Assembly: GCF_963921235.1 (NCBI RefSeq)
Contig: NC_086097.1
Span: 93,870,001-93,934,000, forward strand
Direction: 5' to 3'
Length of the DNA stretch: 64,000 bases
Source of the DNA: Mobula hypostoma
Lineage: Eukaryota
The stretch's first letter is position 1. Each line of letters starts with the position of its first letter. Made by a program: the position numbers and the translations under genes. The notes beneath the pieces were generated by a model, which made no database searches, was not told where the DNA came from, and worked only from the letters and a program-made list of their open reading frames with translations. Positions 1 to 39,738 of this stretch are shown here, in pieces.

Positions 1-413
1 TACGCAGAGACTTCGTACAAATGTTCAAAGAAGCTGCATGCTTTTGGAGAAGTGTTTCAAGTATTAAAAACTGCCTTACCTGTGTGTGTAAAGAAATCGC
101 GTGGTGTGATATGGAGCCGTGGATATCTGGAAGGATCCGTGTGACCCAGATTCCAGCCAGGCAGTGGTGGAAGAGGCAAAAAATGCCATTTCCCTCTGTT
201 TTGCCAGGCTGGGGAAGATACAGGTCAATGCTTGCTGGAGATTGGTGCATGTTAATGCAAGGGCTGTGACCCTCGGTCACAGGGGAATTGGACCAACCGG
301 TGTCAGGGTGTACGTGTGAAGAATGGCCACAAGGAAGTTAGCAGCTTGGGACCAGCAACCATTTTTTATCTGTTTTGTGAAATTCAATGTGAGCATGGTG
401 GCATCCACCCTTT

Positions 414-1185
414 GGTACCAGCAGAGTCAGTACCTTCTCTCACAATTACCAGCAGAGTTGGTACTTTCTCTCTCAGGTACCAGTAGAGTTGGTACTTTCT
501 TCCTCAGGTACCAGTAGAGTTGGTACCTTCTCCCTCAGGTACCAGTAGAGTTGGTACCTTCTCCCTCAGGTACCAGCAGAGTTGGTACTTTCTCTCAGAT
601 ACCAGCAGAGTTGGTACCTTCTCTCACAATTACCAGCAGAGTTGGTACTTTCTCCCTCAGGTACCAGTAGAGTTGGTATTTTCTCCCTCAGGTACCAGTA
701 GAGTTGGTACCTTCTCCCTCAGGTACCAGTAGAGTTGGTACTTTCTCTCACAACTAGCAGCAGAGTTGGTACTTTCTCCCTCAGGTACCAGTTGAGTTGG
801 TACTTTCTCCCTCAGGTACCAGTAGAATTGGTACTTTCTCTCAGATACCAGCAGAGTTGGTACCTTCTCTCACAATTACCAGCAGAGTTGGTACCTTCTC
901 CCTCAGATACCAGTAGAGTTGGTACTTTCTCTCAGATACCAGTAGAATTGGAACTTTCTCTCAGATACCAGCAGAGTTGGTACCTTCTCTCACAATCACC
1001 AGCAGAGTTGGTACCTTCTCCCTCAGATACCAGTAGAGTTGGTACTTTCTCTCAGATACCAGTAGAATTGGAACTTTCTCTCAGATACCAGTAGAGTTGG
1101 GACCTTCTCTCTTAATTACCAGTAAAATCGGTGCCTTCTCCCTCAGAAACCAGTAGAGTTGGCACCCTCTCTCTTGCTTACCAGT
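414..1185. repeat. Minisatellite of about 25 units of 29-31 bp, each with a hairpin, including a 120-bp higher-order repeat
   Basis: Unit TACCAGYAGAGTTGGTACYTTCTCYCTCAGR; 841-960 and 961-1080 are nearly identical. Confidence 0.95.
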
Positions 1186-1822
1186 CGGGCTTTGTATTCT
1201 CCTTTCCATGGTGACGGCTGACTTTTCCTGAATGTGCCAATGATTGGGGTGCCTTCTCCCAGCGGTATCTGCTGCCTGGGATTTGCTCCTGATAAATCTG
1301 TAACAGGTCTGCTACATGGGGTCTTATTTATAATTTTTTAATTGTTGTAGTCACTCAATCAGAGAAGCTCCGGGCTTACAATGTAACAATGGAGTAGTGT
1401 GGGTACTGTAATCCCAAATTTTTTTTCCGTGGTTGAAATGTGAAGAACTAAAGAGACCTCCGAAGAGACTGAATATCTCTTATATCTGCAAGGTGAAGGA
1501 CCAGGGAACAACTTTTGTGTGCATGAAGAGTTTTTGCATGGTGCATTTGATATACACATGTTGAGAGTACAGATGGTGCATGCTGAGAGTCTTTTTCAAC
1601 TCTAATATCTTTGAATCATTGTTCTTTAAGATTAATTTGTACCAATGTATTTTATAATGAAAGCAATGTTTCATTTCTACAGTGGGTTACCAAACTAATT
1701 TTTAAGCTGGTTGTTGTGAATGTGTTTTATCTCTGTGTTCCTTGCACTGTAAGTGAGTGTTTTTTTAATCTGGTTTTTGTTTCCAACTTGTACAGCTTGT
1801 TGTTCATGAATTAAATATTTGC

Positions 1823-1828
1823 AATAAA
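1823..1828 (+). terminator. AATAAA poly(A) signal ending a 3'UTR-like AT-rich tract of a putative upstream gene
   Basis: 1320-1830 is T-rich and repeat-free, with TGTA motifs before AATAAA. Confidence 0.4.
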
Positions 1829-2254
1829 ATCCCAAAATTTGGGAGAAAAGATTTGGAAGAATTCTTGTTGAAGTGAACACAGCAATTCATGAACTAGTGA
1901 AATTTCTATTTGATTATTAAATCAACGTTAATTCCTCAGCTGAAACGGTCTCTCCCTTATCGTCTGAGTCTGTGTACTGTTGGCCCCACTACCACAGTGA
2001 CTATAGTTCAGCACAGCAGATGCCCTAAAACTTGGTGCAGAAAGGCATGAGTTTTGTTAAAAGCACTTTTCACTCACTAAAAAATACATTGCGGTTAAAT
2101 TAAAGCATCTTGGTGTTGCCGAACTTGCATATACTGTATATCTGTCTCTGTGAAAGTCTCTAAACATTCGAAAGTTTGTATGTTTTATTCTCATGCCAGC
2201 TTGCCTTGATTCAGGTAATATTCTTGTTGCTCTTCTCCGGGCAACAGCTCTGCC

Positions 2255-2400
2255 CTTTCTTTAGCATTTGTCTGTGTTTCTTTTTAAACGAGGCAGAGTT
2301 ACTAGCTCAACGCTCAAAAGCGTGCAGGGAGCCGACAGGATTCGAACCAGGGACCACTCGCCTCGGAGTCTGATACAGATGCCAGTCACCACTGGCCAGC
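2255..2400 (-). mobile_element. tRNA-derived SINE
   Basis: Pol III B box GGTTCGAATCC on the minus strand (2338-2348); related copy at about 62130-62285. Confidence 0.6.
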
Positions 2401-2586
2401 GGATCATGTAATTTTACATCAGGCTGACTAACAGCACCCAGCTCACACATCTGCTTCATGAAAAGACAGCACTGAATTTCTTAAAAACACGAATCATAGT
2501 TTAGCCCATTTTATTCTCTCCATATGCCAATCAAGTTCCTCTCCCCATCCCCTGTGCCGGATTTTACCCCTCACCTGCGCACGAGC

Positions 2587-2735
2587 TACTTGTCTTTGGA
2601 AAGTGGGAGGAAATCGGAGCACCTGGGGGAAACCGATGTGTTCACAAGGAGTACGTGCAAGCACCACACCGACAGCACAGGAGGCTGGGATTGAACCCAT
2701 GACATTGGAATGGTGAGGCAGTTCCTCTGCTGACT
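2587..2735 (-). mobile_element. HE1/V-SINE-like element
   Basis: Reverse complement of the V-domain-like GGTTTCCCCCAGGTGCTCCGATTTCCTCCCAC plus a tRNA-like head. Confidence 0.65.
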
Positions 2736-2799
2736 CTGCATAAATAGTGACAGAAATAATAAAGTTAAAGGGAATGGTTTCTCCTTTCTCATAAGATCT

Positions 2800-3425
2800 C
2801 GGCAATCTGTGAGAACAGAGCAGGTTTAATATCACTGGCACATGTCATGAAATGTGTTGTTTTGTGGCAGCTGTACATTGCAATACATAACAACAACTAT
2901 GATTTACAGTAAGTATATACATGAAATAGTTAAACAGGCAGTGCAAAAAGGTAGTGAGGTAGACGGAGACATAACCTAAGGTTTTTACTCCTCATGTATG
3001 TGAAGGATGTAAGAAAGTCAATTCAATTCAGGTAGAGTTCATGGGTTCAATGGCCGTTCAGAAATCAGATGGCAGAGGGGAAGAAGCTTTTCCTGAATCA
3101 CTGAGTGTGTACCTTCAGGCTTCTGAACCTCCTTCCTGATGGTAAGTGAGAACTAGGCATGTCCTGGTGCCGGGGGTCCTTATAGACACTGTGTCCCTCG
3201 AAGGTGTCCTGGACATGACGGAAGCTCGTGGCCATGATGGAGCTGACTAAGTTTACAACTCTCTGCAGCTTATATCGATTCTGTACCCTAACACCTCCCC
3301 CTCCATGCCAGACGGTGATGCAACCAGTCAGAATGCTCTCCACAGTACATCTGTAGAAATTTGCAAGTGTCTGTGGTGACATACCAAATCTCCTCAAACT
3401 CCTAATGAAATATAGCCGCTGTCGG
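2800..3425 (-). mobile_element. Rex1/Babar-like LINE 3' fragment
   Basis: LYFIRSLRRFGMSPQTLANFYRCTVESILTGCITVW, the C-terminal RT region. Confidence 0.8.
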
Positions 3426-6400
3426 AAACAGTGGGAAAAGCACCATTTAACATAGAAACTTAGAAAACCTACAGCACAATACAGGCCCTTCGACCCACAG
3501 AGTTGTGCCAAACATGAAATTACCAGGGTTACCCATAGCCCTCTATTTTTCTAAGCTCCATGTACCTATCCAAAAGTCTCTTAAAAGGCCCTATCGTATC
3601 CGCCTCCACCACCGTTGCCAGCAGCCCATTCCACGCACTCACCACTCTCTGCGTAAAAAACTTACCCCTGACAGCTCCTCTGTACCTACTCCCCAGCACC
3701 TTAAACCCATGTCCTCTGTGGCAACCACTTCAGCCCTGGGAAAAAGCCTCTGATTATCCACACGATCAATGCCTCTCATCATCTTATACACCTCTATCAG
3801 GTCACCTTTCATCCTCCGTCGCTCCAGGAGAAAAGGCCGAGTTCACTCAACCCATTCTCATAAGGCATGCTCCCTAATCCAGGCAACATCCTTGTAAATC
3901 TCCTCTGCACCCTTTCTGTGACTTCCACATCCTTCCTGTAGTGAGGCGACCAGAACTGAGCACAGTACTCCAAGTGGGGTCTGACCAGGGTCCTATAAAG
4001 CTGCAACATTACCTCTTGGCTCCTAAAGTCAATTCCACGATTGATGAGGGCCAATACACCGTACGCCTTCTTAACCAGTCAATCTGCACAGCTGCTTTAA
4101 GTGTCCTATGGATTCGGACCCCAAGATCCCTCTAATTCTCCACACTGCCAAGAGACTTACCATTAATACTATATTCGGCCATCATATTTGACCTACCAAA
4201 ATGAACCACCTCACACTTACCTGGGTTGAACTCCATCTGCCACTTCTTAACCCAGTTTTGCATCCTATCAATGTCCTGCTGTAACCTCTGACAGCCTCTA
4301 CACTATCCACAACACCTCCAACCTTTGTGTCATCAGCAAACTTACTAACCCATCCCTCCACTTTCTCATCCAGGTCAGTTATAAAAATCACGAAGAGTAA
4401 GGGTCCCAGAACAGATCCCTGAGGCACTCCACTTGTGACCAACCTCCATGCAGAATATGACTCGTCTACAACCACTCTTTGCCTTCTGTGGGCAAGTCAG
4501 TTCTGGATCCGCAAAGCAATGTCTCCTTGGATCCCATGCCTCCTTGCTTTCTCAATAAGCCTTGCATGGGGTACCTTATCAAATGCCTTGCTGAAATTCA
4601 TATACACTATATCTACTGCTCATCCTTCATCAATGTGTTGAGTCACATCCCCTCAAAAAATTCAATCAGGCTCGTGAGGCATGACCTGTCCTTGATAAAA
4701 CCATGCTGACTATTCCTAATCATATTATACCTCTCCAAATGTTCATAAATCCTGCCCCTCAGGATCTTCTCCATCAACTTACCAACCACTGAGGTAAGAA
4801 TCACTGGTCTATAATTTCCTGGGCTATCTCTACTCCCTTTCTTGAATAAAGGAACAACATCGGCAAACCTCCAATCCTCTGGAACCTCTCCCGTCCTCAT
4901 TGATGATGCAAAGATCATCACCAGAGGCTCAGCAATCTCCTCCCTCGCCTCCCACAATAGCCTGGGGTACATCTCATCCAGTCCTGGCGACTTATCCAAA
5001 TTGATGCTTTCCAAAAGCTCCAGCACATCCTCTTTTTTAATATCTACATGCTCAAGCTTTTCAGTCTGCTGAAAGTCATCACTGCAATCACCAAGACCCC
5101 TTTCCATAGTGAATACTGAAGTAAAGTATTCATTAAGTACCTCTGCTATTTCCTCCAGTTCCATACACACTTTCCCACTGTCACATTTGATAGGTCTTAT
5201 TCTTTCATGTCTTATCCTCTTGCTCTTCACATACTTGTAGAAGGCCTTGGGATTTTCCTTAATTCTGCCCACCAAGGCCTTCTCATGGTCCCTTCTGGCT
5301 CTAAAATTTCCTTCTTAAGCTCCTTACTATTAGCCTTATAATCTTCTAGATCTCTAACATTATCTAGCTCTCTGAACCTTTTGTAAGCTTTTCTTTTCTT
5401 CTTGACTTGATTTATTACAGCCTTTGTACACCACGGTTCCTGTACCCTACCATAACTTCCCTGTCTCATTGGAACAAACCTATGCAGAACTCCACACAAA
5501 TATCTCCTGAATATTTGCCACATTTCTTCTGTACCTTTCCCTGAGAACATCTGTTTCCAATTTAAGCCTCCAATTTCTTGCCTGATAGCCTCATAATTCC
5601 CCTTACTCCAATTAAATGCTTTTCTAACTTGTCTGTTCCTATCTCTCTCCAATACTGTGGCAAAGGAGATAGAATTGTGATCACTATCTCCAAAATGCTC
5701 TCCCACTGAGAGAACTGACACCTGATCAGGTTAATTTCCCAATACCAAATCAAGAACAGCCTCTCCTCTAGTAGGCTTATCTACATATTGTGTCAGGAAA
5801 CCTTCCTGAACACACCTAAAAACTTCACTCCATCTAAACCCCTTGCTCTAGGGAGATGCCAATCGATATTTGGGAAATTAAAATCTCCCATTACGACAAC
5901 TCTTATTATTACTCCTTTCCAGAATCTGTCTCCCAATCTGCTCCTTGATGTCCCTGTTACTATTGGATGGTCTATAAAAAAACACCTAGTAGAGTTATTG
6001 ACCCCTTCCTGTTCCTAACTTCCACCCACAGAGACTCCGTAGACAATCCCTCCAAGGCATCCACCTTTTCTGCAGCCATGACACTATCTCTGACCAGCAG
6101 TGCCACACCCCCACCTCTTTTGCCTCCCTCCCTGTCCCTTCTGAAACATCTGAAACCGGGCAGTTGAAGTAACAATTCCCATCCCTGAGCCACCCAAGTC
6201 TCTGCAATGGCCACTACATCATAGCTCCAAGTACTGATCCACACTCTAAGCTCATCTGCTTTGTTCACAACACTCCTTGCGTTAAGATAGACAAATCTCA
6301 AACCGTCGGTCTGAACACGCCCCTTCTGTATCACCTGCCTATCCTCCCTCTCACACTGTCTACAAGCTTTCTCTATTTGTGAGCAAACCTCCTCTTCCCA

Positions 6401-6523
6401 GTCTCTTCAGTTCAGTTCTCACCCCCCAACAATTCTAGTTTACTCTCCCCAGTAGCCTTAGCAAACCTCCCCGCCAGGATTTTGGTCCCCTGGGATTCAG
6501 GTGCAACCTGTCCTTTTTGTGCA

Positions 6524-8070
6524 TGTCACGGACCCCGTGACGGGGATAAAGAACCAGCAGAGATGGAAAACACTTTGGAGTCTCGTATTGCTATAAACTA
6601 CTAATATTTATTAGTGACTACGCAATACAGTAATATAAATGTAGATAAATCAAACAGGTTAGCATGATTATATATAAAAGTAAGTGTGGAATATATATGT
6701 ATGAAAAACCAAGCTTCTTTAAGTCTAGGGGTAAAAAGATACAGTCTTACGATGTTGAGTAAAGTTCAGTTCAGTTCGTGGTATTTAGTTGAGTAGTGAT
6801 GGAGAGAGAGAGAGTGAGTTGAGTCTTCAGGTGAGCTGTTGCCGTCGATCTTCTCGTTGTCCTCCGAAATCCTTTACAAGTCACTGACTGTGACTTTAAC
6901 CAGGGGGACCGGTCTTCTGTGGTGGAGCTATCACCTAGGCGAGGGTGGACACATAGACAACTTCCCACCAGTCAACCCCTTCTCCTCAAACTGGAATAGC
7001 AATTTGGATCAATCCGCCTGATCGATCCTCCAAAAACCCACTTTCTCTGCGGGCCCAGCAATGCTCATTCAGTGTCCAGATCATGTGTCCTGAGGTCTGT
7101 ATCATCTGACCTCCCATTTATTTCACCAGGCTGAGCATCACCTGTCATTCAAAGTCCCTCCCTCCTTTGTCTGTAAAGGAGTGCACAAGCAGGCAACAAG
7201 TCCTTGGAAGTAACATCAACAACCAGCTGAAAATCATAACATCCAGTGTCCACCGCCTTCGGTCACCATAGCAACCTTCGAGCTGCTTGGTGCTGTCTCT
7301 AACTCCAAACTCAGTAAAAATCCAAAGTTACCTCCAATGCCTTAAAGTGACAGTTTAATCGTTAACCTTCGTCTCTCTCTCTCTCTTTTCAAAAGCAGTT
7401 GTTCGTCCATCATTGACGTCGATGAGGACCTCGACACCATTATGATGGTGTCGAGACTAGCGCGTGATGTGGATTTAAGTGAGGGAGAGTTGCGCAGCAT
7501 CAGCCTCACTCTCTCTTCCCAATTCCCATCTGGATCCAGTGGCAAGACAAGAGTCTAGATGGCTGGAGATGGGACTAGGCGCAGTGGATGACCAGGACGT
7601 CTTCTGTCTTGTCCTGCTCTGCACGTTCCACAACGCTTGCAGAGACCGCCTTCTTGACCATTGGACCTTCCATTGGTCTCGTCCGCTGAATCCGCCGGAG
7701 TCTGTCTTCACATGCTGGGATAGACAACTCCCTATCACACTGAGGGTTTGAGACCCGTCGGCTACCCTCACCTGATTTGGCCGGCTTGTCGAAGCCGTTG
7801 CCCGGGGTGTGGCCGCTGTCGCATGCAAACAGCTATGGGGAGCCACAGGTGAGAGCTGAGTGCCAGGTGGGGACCAAAGGTGGACTAACCGCCCTGAAAA
7901 GGACGCGACATGTTCCCCCACCAGAGGTGCTACCCCTCCCTGACACCCCACACACAAAAGCAACATATCGGTGGTAAATACCTCTGTCTCTCTCTCCTTT
8001 CCAAACAAATCATCAATGATAAATGTCTCTCTCCAAACAGTTAATAGGGGTACTCCTGGATCCCCTCACA
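6524..8070 (-). mobile_element. Solo LTR-like element with 5-bp TSD GTGCA and an internal RTE-derived insert
   Basis: TGTCAC...CTCACA termini; GTGCA at 6519-6523 and 8071-8075; minus-strand AATAAA near 6610 and TATA-like motif near 7120. Confidence 0.8.
7398..7985 (-). mobile_element. RTE-clade-derived non-autonomous retroposon (5'UTR-like body fused to a short 3' end)
   Basis: Minus-strand end ...GGTCCTCATCGACGTCAATGATGGACGAACAAC resembles an RTE 3' terminus; GC-rich structured body; no ORF. Confidence 0.6.
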
Positions 8071-8659
8071 GTGCAGGTCACACCTGCCCCAAAAGAGGTC
8101 CCAATGATCCAGAAATCTGAATCCCTCCCCCTGCTCTAATCCCTCAGCCACTCATTTATCCTCCACCTCATTCTATTCCTATTCTCGCTGTCGTGTGGCA
8201 CAGGCAGTAATCCCGAGATTACTACCTTTGTGGTCCTGCTTCTCAACTTCCTTCCTAACTCCCTGTAGTCTGTTTTCAGGACCTCCTCCCTTTTCCTACC
8301 TATGTCATTGGTACTAATTGGTACATATTAAAAAAAATGATTTTGCAATAAATAAAATGGAAATGAACGAGAGAGTAAAAGAAAACCTATTTCCAGCATA
8401 GAGAGATGCTGGAGAAATGCAGCAGGTTAGGCAGCACCTATGCAGACAGTAACAGTTGACTTTGAGTTGAATACACTCAGCAGAACTGCAAAAAAGTTGG
8501 GAGATAAGTATGTTTAAAGTTGCAGAAGGGGTGGATGTTATGGGACAGAGACCAAAAAAGCTAAAGCACTTTGAGCTCGGAATCCCAAGATGGTCTCAAG
8601 AGAACATGTCAAGTGAGGGTTAAGAGTTTGTGTTGCTCCAAAAATAATTTATTCATTTC

Positions 8660-9605
8660 GCAAAGCCCAATCCAAATTGCCATCTCCAATGGGATCCCAC
8701 CACCAATCACATCTTTCCCTCCCCCCCCCCACATTCTGCTTTCTGCAGGGATCGCTCCCTATGCGACTCCCTTGTCCATTTGTCCCTCCCACTGGTCCCC
8801 CTCCTGGCAGTTATCCTTGCAATCAGAATGAGTGCTACACCTGCCCCTACACCTCTTCCCTCACTACCATTCAGGGACCCAAACAGTCCTTCCAGGTGAG
8901 GCGACACTTCACTTATGAGTCTGTTAGGGTTATCTACTGTATCCAGTGCTTCCGGTGTGGCGTCCTGTATATCGTTGAGAGCCAATGCAAATTGGAAGAC
9001 CGCTTCGTCAAGCACCTACCTCCATCTGCCTGAAAAAGCAGGATCACCCAGTTGCCACCCATTTTAATTCCGCTTCCTGGTCCCAATCCCATTCCGATAA
9101 GTCTATCCATGGCCTCCTCTACTGCTGTGATGAGGCCACACTCAGGTTGGAGGAACAACACCTTGTAATCCATCTGGGTAGCCTCCAACCTGATGACATG
9201 CACTGATTTCTCAAACTTCCGGTAACACCAATCCCCCACCTTCTCCATTCCCCATTCCCAACCTCCTTTTTCCTCTCTCATCTTATCTCCTTGCCTGTCC
9301 TTCACCTCCTTCTACTGTTCCTCCCCCTTTTTCTTTCTTCCATGGTCTTCTGTCCTCTCCGAGCAGATTCACCCTTCTCCAGCCCTTTATCTCTTTCACA
9401 AAATCAACTTCCCAGCTCTTTACTTCCTCCACCCCCCCTCCTGGTTTTACCTTATGTTTCTCCCTCCCCTCCCCCAACTTCTAACTCTTAACTCAACTTT
9501 TTTTCTCCAGTCCTGCCAAAGGGTTTCTGACTGAAACATCGACTGTACTTTTTTTCATGGACACTGCCTGGTCTGTTGAGTTCCTTCGGCATTTTGTGTG
9601 CGTCC
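8660..9605 (+). mobile_element. Penelope-like element fragment (GIY-YIG region and terminal repeat, degenerate hammerhead)
   Basis: CYTCPY...VIYCIQC..C..LYI..LEDRF..H; core reads CTGCCAA...GAAAC at about 9513-9539. Confidence 0.85.
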
Positions 9606-9758
9606 TTAATAGGGTGATGGTGAGCTGTTGAGCACGGAGCCAGAGTTTGGATCCAGCGATAATATTTACATCCACATCGAGAATATGTCCAACTGGGAGG
9701 GAAGCGTGTGGACTGTGCCTCGACCATGAAACAGACCAGCAAAACAGATCTCCTAAAG

Positions 9759-9985
9759 CAGGGGTCTTCAATCTTTTTTGCACCACGGACCGGTTTAATA
9801 TTGACAATATTCTTGCGGACCGGCTGACGGGGGTAATGGGGGGGGGGTGTCGTTCAAGTTCAAAAGTCAGTGACAGGGAATGAGGAAAGGTGTGGCTGAC
9901 TCATATCGTTTCATATCGCCAAATCATATCGTTTCCTCGCGGACCGGTAGAACATGCTTTGCGGCCCGGCGGTTGGGGACCACTG
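9759..9985. mobile_element. hAT (Charlie-like) MITE with 8-bp TSD TCCTAAAG
   Basis: CAGGGGTCTTCAA...TTGGGGACCACTG termini; TSD at 9751-9758 and 9986-9993. Confidence 0.9.
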
Positions 9986-10008
9986 TCCTAAAGAACCGTG
10001 TATCTTCC

Positions 10009-10085
10009 CGGCCGCCAGGTGGCGCAGCGATGCGGGCGGTGCGAGACGTAGCGGTGCTGCGCCACCCGGCCGCCAGGTGGCGCAG
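10009..10085 (+). promoter_or_regulatory. Two tandem CTCF-like motifs CGGCCGCCAGGTGGCGCAG (10009-10027 and 10067-10085)
   Basis: Close match to the CTCF core CCRCCAGGKGGCGC. Confidence 0.6.
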
Positions 10086-10087
10086 CG

Positions 10088-37730
<27,643 letters not shown>

Positions 37731-38416
37731 TCTTCCCAGGATTCAGCCAAGATTGAGTGAACTGCACCATGGGCTTCTGTCAGATATGGGCTAGCTTCTT
37801 CACTGTGTTCCAGATGAGTCACCAAGTAGCCAATATCAAATTAAATATTTGTACTGTATTCACTATAGGAGGAAATCAATGTTACAAATGCAGAACACTT
37901 TTCATCACATCTGCAAAACTCATGTCTTAGCACATCAGAAGCTTGAAGATTTTGTATGTTGGTTATGGGTGGGTAAATATACTGACATTCTGTGAACAAA
38001 TATGGTGCTCCCCAAGTGAAGATCTTTCCAGTGATTCTCAAGATTGTGCATACCATATTCATTGCTTGAAGATAATTGACAATTTTGTATAACTACTTCA
38101 TTGAGATTAGCGAGACAGTGTCTTGAATGTACTATTCAAAGCTGGCACCATGTGAATTGCAGAACTCCAGTTAAGATGATGATCGATTTCATGGTTAGAA
38201 TAATGCAGTCGCACAATATTCTGACTGTATCAAGCAACCTATTTATTCAAGATAATTAAGGACAGTTTTTCTTTCTACCTCATCAATTTCAATGGAGGAT
38301 TGACAATGTGGAACAATGGAATACCAGTTGTATTTTGCAGAAGAAAATGATAGGTGCAGTCTTCTGGAATGACCTGCCTATTTCTGTTTTTCAATGTGAA
38401 TCCTGTCTGTCATTAT

Positions 38417-38422
38417 ATTAAA
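38417..38422 (+). terminator. Candidate JMJD7 polyadenylation signal ATTAAA (alternative ATTAAA at 37840-37845)
   Basis: Hexamer in non-repetitive AT-rich sequence after the stop codon; no transcript data. Confidence 0.35.
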
Positions 38423-38575
38423 ATCTGAATATAGGTTGGCATTTACAATGCATTGTCAATATCAGTCTGATTATTTTCAACAGATCAAGAGGGTAACGTG
38501 CACTTTGTCTGGCAATTCAATGACATAACACAGTTTTTAGTGTTATACCACTGAAAAGTCAATTTTAGCGCAAAA

Positions 38576-39737
38576 TAGAAACATAGAAAACCTACAGTGC
38601 GATACAGGCCCTTCAGCCCACGAAGCTGTGCCGAACATGTCCCTACCTTAGACTACCTAGGTTTTACCCATAGCCCTCTATTTTTCTAAGCTTCATGTAG
38701 CCATCCAGGAGTCTCTTAAAAGACCCTATCATTTCTACTGCCACCGGCAGCCCATTCCACGCACTCACCACTCTCTGTGTAAAAAAAAACTTATCCCTTA
38801 CATCTCCTCTGTACCTACTTCCAAGCACCTTCAAACTATGCCCTCTTGTGCTAGCCATTTCAGCCCTGGGAAAAAGCCTCTGACTATCCACACGATCAAT
38901 GCCTCTCATCAACTTGAACACCTCTATCAGGTCACCTCTCATCCTCCATCGCTCCAAGGAGAAAAGACCGAGTTCACTCAATCTATTCTCATAAGGAGTG
39001 CTCCCCAATCCAGACAACAAACTTGTAAATCTCCTCTGCACCCTTTCTATGGTTTCCATGTCTTTCCTGTAGTGAGGCGACCAGAATTGAGCACAGTACT
39101 CCAGGTGGGGTCTGATCGAGGTCCTATACAGCTGCAATATTACCTCTTGACTCTTAAACTCAATCCCATGATTGATGAAGGCCAGTGCACTATATGCCTT
39201 CTTAATCACAGAGTCAGCCTGCATAGCAGCTTTGAGAGTCCTGTGGACTTGGACCCCAAGATCCTTCTGATCTGCCACACTACCAAGAGTCTTACCATTA
39301 ATGCTATATTCTGCCATCATATTTGACCTACCAAAATGAACCACTTCACACTTACCTGGGTTAAACTCCATCTGCCACTTCTCAGCCCATTATGCATCCT
39401 ATCAATGTCCCGTTGTAATCTCGTGACAGCCCTCCACACTATCCACAACACCCCCAACCTTTGTGTCATCAGCAAATTTACTAACCTATCCCTCCACTTC
39501 CTCATCCAGGTCATTTATAAAAATCACAAAGAAAAGGGGTCCCAGAACAGATCCCTGAGGCACACCACTGGTCACCGGTCTCCATGCAGAATATGACCTG
39601 TCTACAACCACTCTTTGCCTTCTGTGGGCAAGCCAGTTCTGGATCCACAAAGCAATGTCCCCTTGGATCTCATGCCTCCTTACTTTCTCAATAAGCCTTG
39701 CATGGGGTACCTTATCAAATGCCTTGCTGAAATCCAT
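38576..39737 (-). mobile_element. CR1 LINE 3' fragment
   Basis: ORFs 38664..39371 and 39486..39737; same family as the 3450 element. Confidence 0.92.
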
Positions 39738-39738
39738 T

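Larger units (their letters stand above)
3450..8320 (-). mobile_element. Degenerate CR1 LINE (ORF2 endonuclease+RT and end of ORF1), interrupted by a solo LTR at 6524-8070
   Basis: YLNARS (APE), [21 protein letters not shown] and FADDTK motifs; (CATAGAAA) tail; CR1 sequence resumes at 8071. Confidence 0.92.

Noticed and set aside
21..517. Short ORFs as a terminal coding exon
   Set aside because: No recognisable homology; overlapping short ORFs are expected by chance.
414..1185. CRISPR array
   Set aside because: Palindromic units of about 30 bp are head-to-tail with no unique spacers; no cas genes; vertebrate context.
414..1185. Array of iron-responsive elements (CAGAGU loops) or a repetitive protein ORF
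   Set aside because: With CAGAGU as a hexaloop the 5-bp upper stem is out of register and there is no properly placed bulged C; the ORFs are by-products of the repeat.
7410..7460. Hammerhead ribozyme at GATGAGGAC plus hairpin
   Set aside because: Core reads CGATGAG not CTGATGA, and no GAAA follows the stem.
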